Shown piece by piece: positions 63,416 through 64,000 of a stretch of 64,000 nt of DNA (position 1 is the stretch's first letter; each line of letters starts with the position of its first letter). The notes under the pieces were generated by a model. The model made no database searches. It worked only from the letters and a program-made list of their open reading frames with translations, and was not told where the DNA came from. The position numbers were made by a program, and so were the translations under genes. The stretch is taken from sequence record OZ240615.1; one strand, written 5' to 3'.

Positions 63416-63457
63416 TGCAAGAAACCTCATTGTCGGCAATAGGGCTGTAAAAATAGT

Positions 63458-63461
63458 CATA
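63458..63461 (-). promoter_or_regulatory. Putative late promoter (CTATGACT)
   Basis: TATG right after a terminator; its ATG is the ORF-track start, but the RBS supports 63415. Confidence 0.45.
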
Positions 63462-63470
63462 GGAAAACAA

Positions 63471-63500
63471 ATAGAGAGGGGCCGAAAAGCCCCTCTCTAT
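63471..63500 (-). terminator. Intrinsic terminator
   Basis: atagagaggggc-cgaaaa-gcccctctctat. Confidence 0.85.
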
Positions 63501-63609
63501 GATTAATTCTAATGACATGATTATTCGACGGTTCTGATTAATTCTTCTGTTTAAATTCAAACAATTACATAAGTGAGAATAATCAGTTTCATTTTCGTTA
63601 GTAAAATTC

Positions 63610-64000
63610 CTATTGAACGAATGTCTTTACTGGACCGAGATAAATTGAACCAGTAGTTTGATAGTGCCGCAGTCCTACATGTACAGTTGCTGCACCAGGG
63701 GGGACCATAACATTACCTGAGCACTTAACTGGATTGGCCGATGACCCGGTTGTACCAGAGAGGTTAGTTCCGATAACGTTATGTGAGATCTCTACGCCAT
63801 CAATGTCATAAAACGTATAACCGAAATAAATACCACCGTTTGTAGCTGATAAATTGGTCCAGTAAAGCGTAGTCGCCAGGTAAAGAGTTTGTCCGGCGGA
63901 ACAGCGTATTTTCTGCCCGAATAGTGTGGTCAAACCACCCGTTGCGTAAGTACCCGTGATTTTCGCGGCCGGCCCGATAGGACTACTGGCATCGTAGGTG
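63610..64000 (-). CDS. C-terminal part of a probable tail fibre (CBM/jelly-roll-like end), truncated by window edge
   Basis: Frame open to the window end (..TYDASSPIGPAAKITG..); YFGYTFYDIDG..G..VPPGAATVHV resembles carbohydrate-binding module ends. Confidence 0.7.
   Translation of the reverse strand, partial: TYDASSPIGPAAKITGTYATGGLTTLFGQKIRCSAGQTLYLATTLYWTNLSATNGGIYFGYTFYDIDGVEISHNVIGTNLSGTTGSSANPVKCSGNVMVPPGAATVHVGLRHYQTTGSIYLGPVKTFVQ

Noticed and set aside
285-63506. Many plus-strand and alternate-frame ORFs in the track (e.g. 6905..7774, 3678..4142, 18967..19380, 47577..48038, 53008..53409)
   Set aside because: They lie antisense to or inside well-supported minus-strand genes and show no RBS or protein-like motifs; treated as shadow ORFs
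1-64000. CRISPR array, tRNA, rRNA, integrase, transposase, intron or homing endonuclease
   Set aside because: No spaced direct repeats, no T-loop/cloverleaf in intergenic gaps, and no recombinase, RT, HNH or GIY-YIG motifs recognised by eye

Overview
A 64 kb segment of a large lytic dsDNA phage genome. The gene content and promoter signals suggest a phiKZ-like/Chimalliviridae jumbo phage with a gammaproteobacterial (probably enterobacterial) host; this is inferred, not proven. About 100 tightly packed genes lie almost all on the minus strand; only 17858..18196 and 50238..50459 are on plus. Bases 1-45 kb are an accessory/host-takeover region of mostly hypothetical genes. Recognisable products there are thymidylate synthase with three insertions, dUTPase, NadR and PnuC, a macrodomain, a NADAR-like protein, KptA/Tpt1, an HD phosphohydrolase resembling class I phosphodiesterases, a BCS1-like AAA ATPase, an SspB-like adaptor, a BRCT fusion, and an apparent AcrVA2/FinQ-family protein. 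Bases 45-64 kb hold at least eight tail fibre/tailspike genes, including modules resembling the branched tailspike system of CBA120/G7C. Transcription signals are visible by eye: a 16-nt motif TTNA[AC][GA]NCTATATCAC at 7 sites (likely early promoter), a YTATGA-type late promoter in front of structural genes, and about 18 hairpins, most of them intrinsic terminators. No tRNA, rRNA, CRISPR array, integrase or transposase was seen. All family assignments come from remembered motifs, not from database searches.
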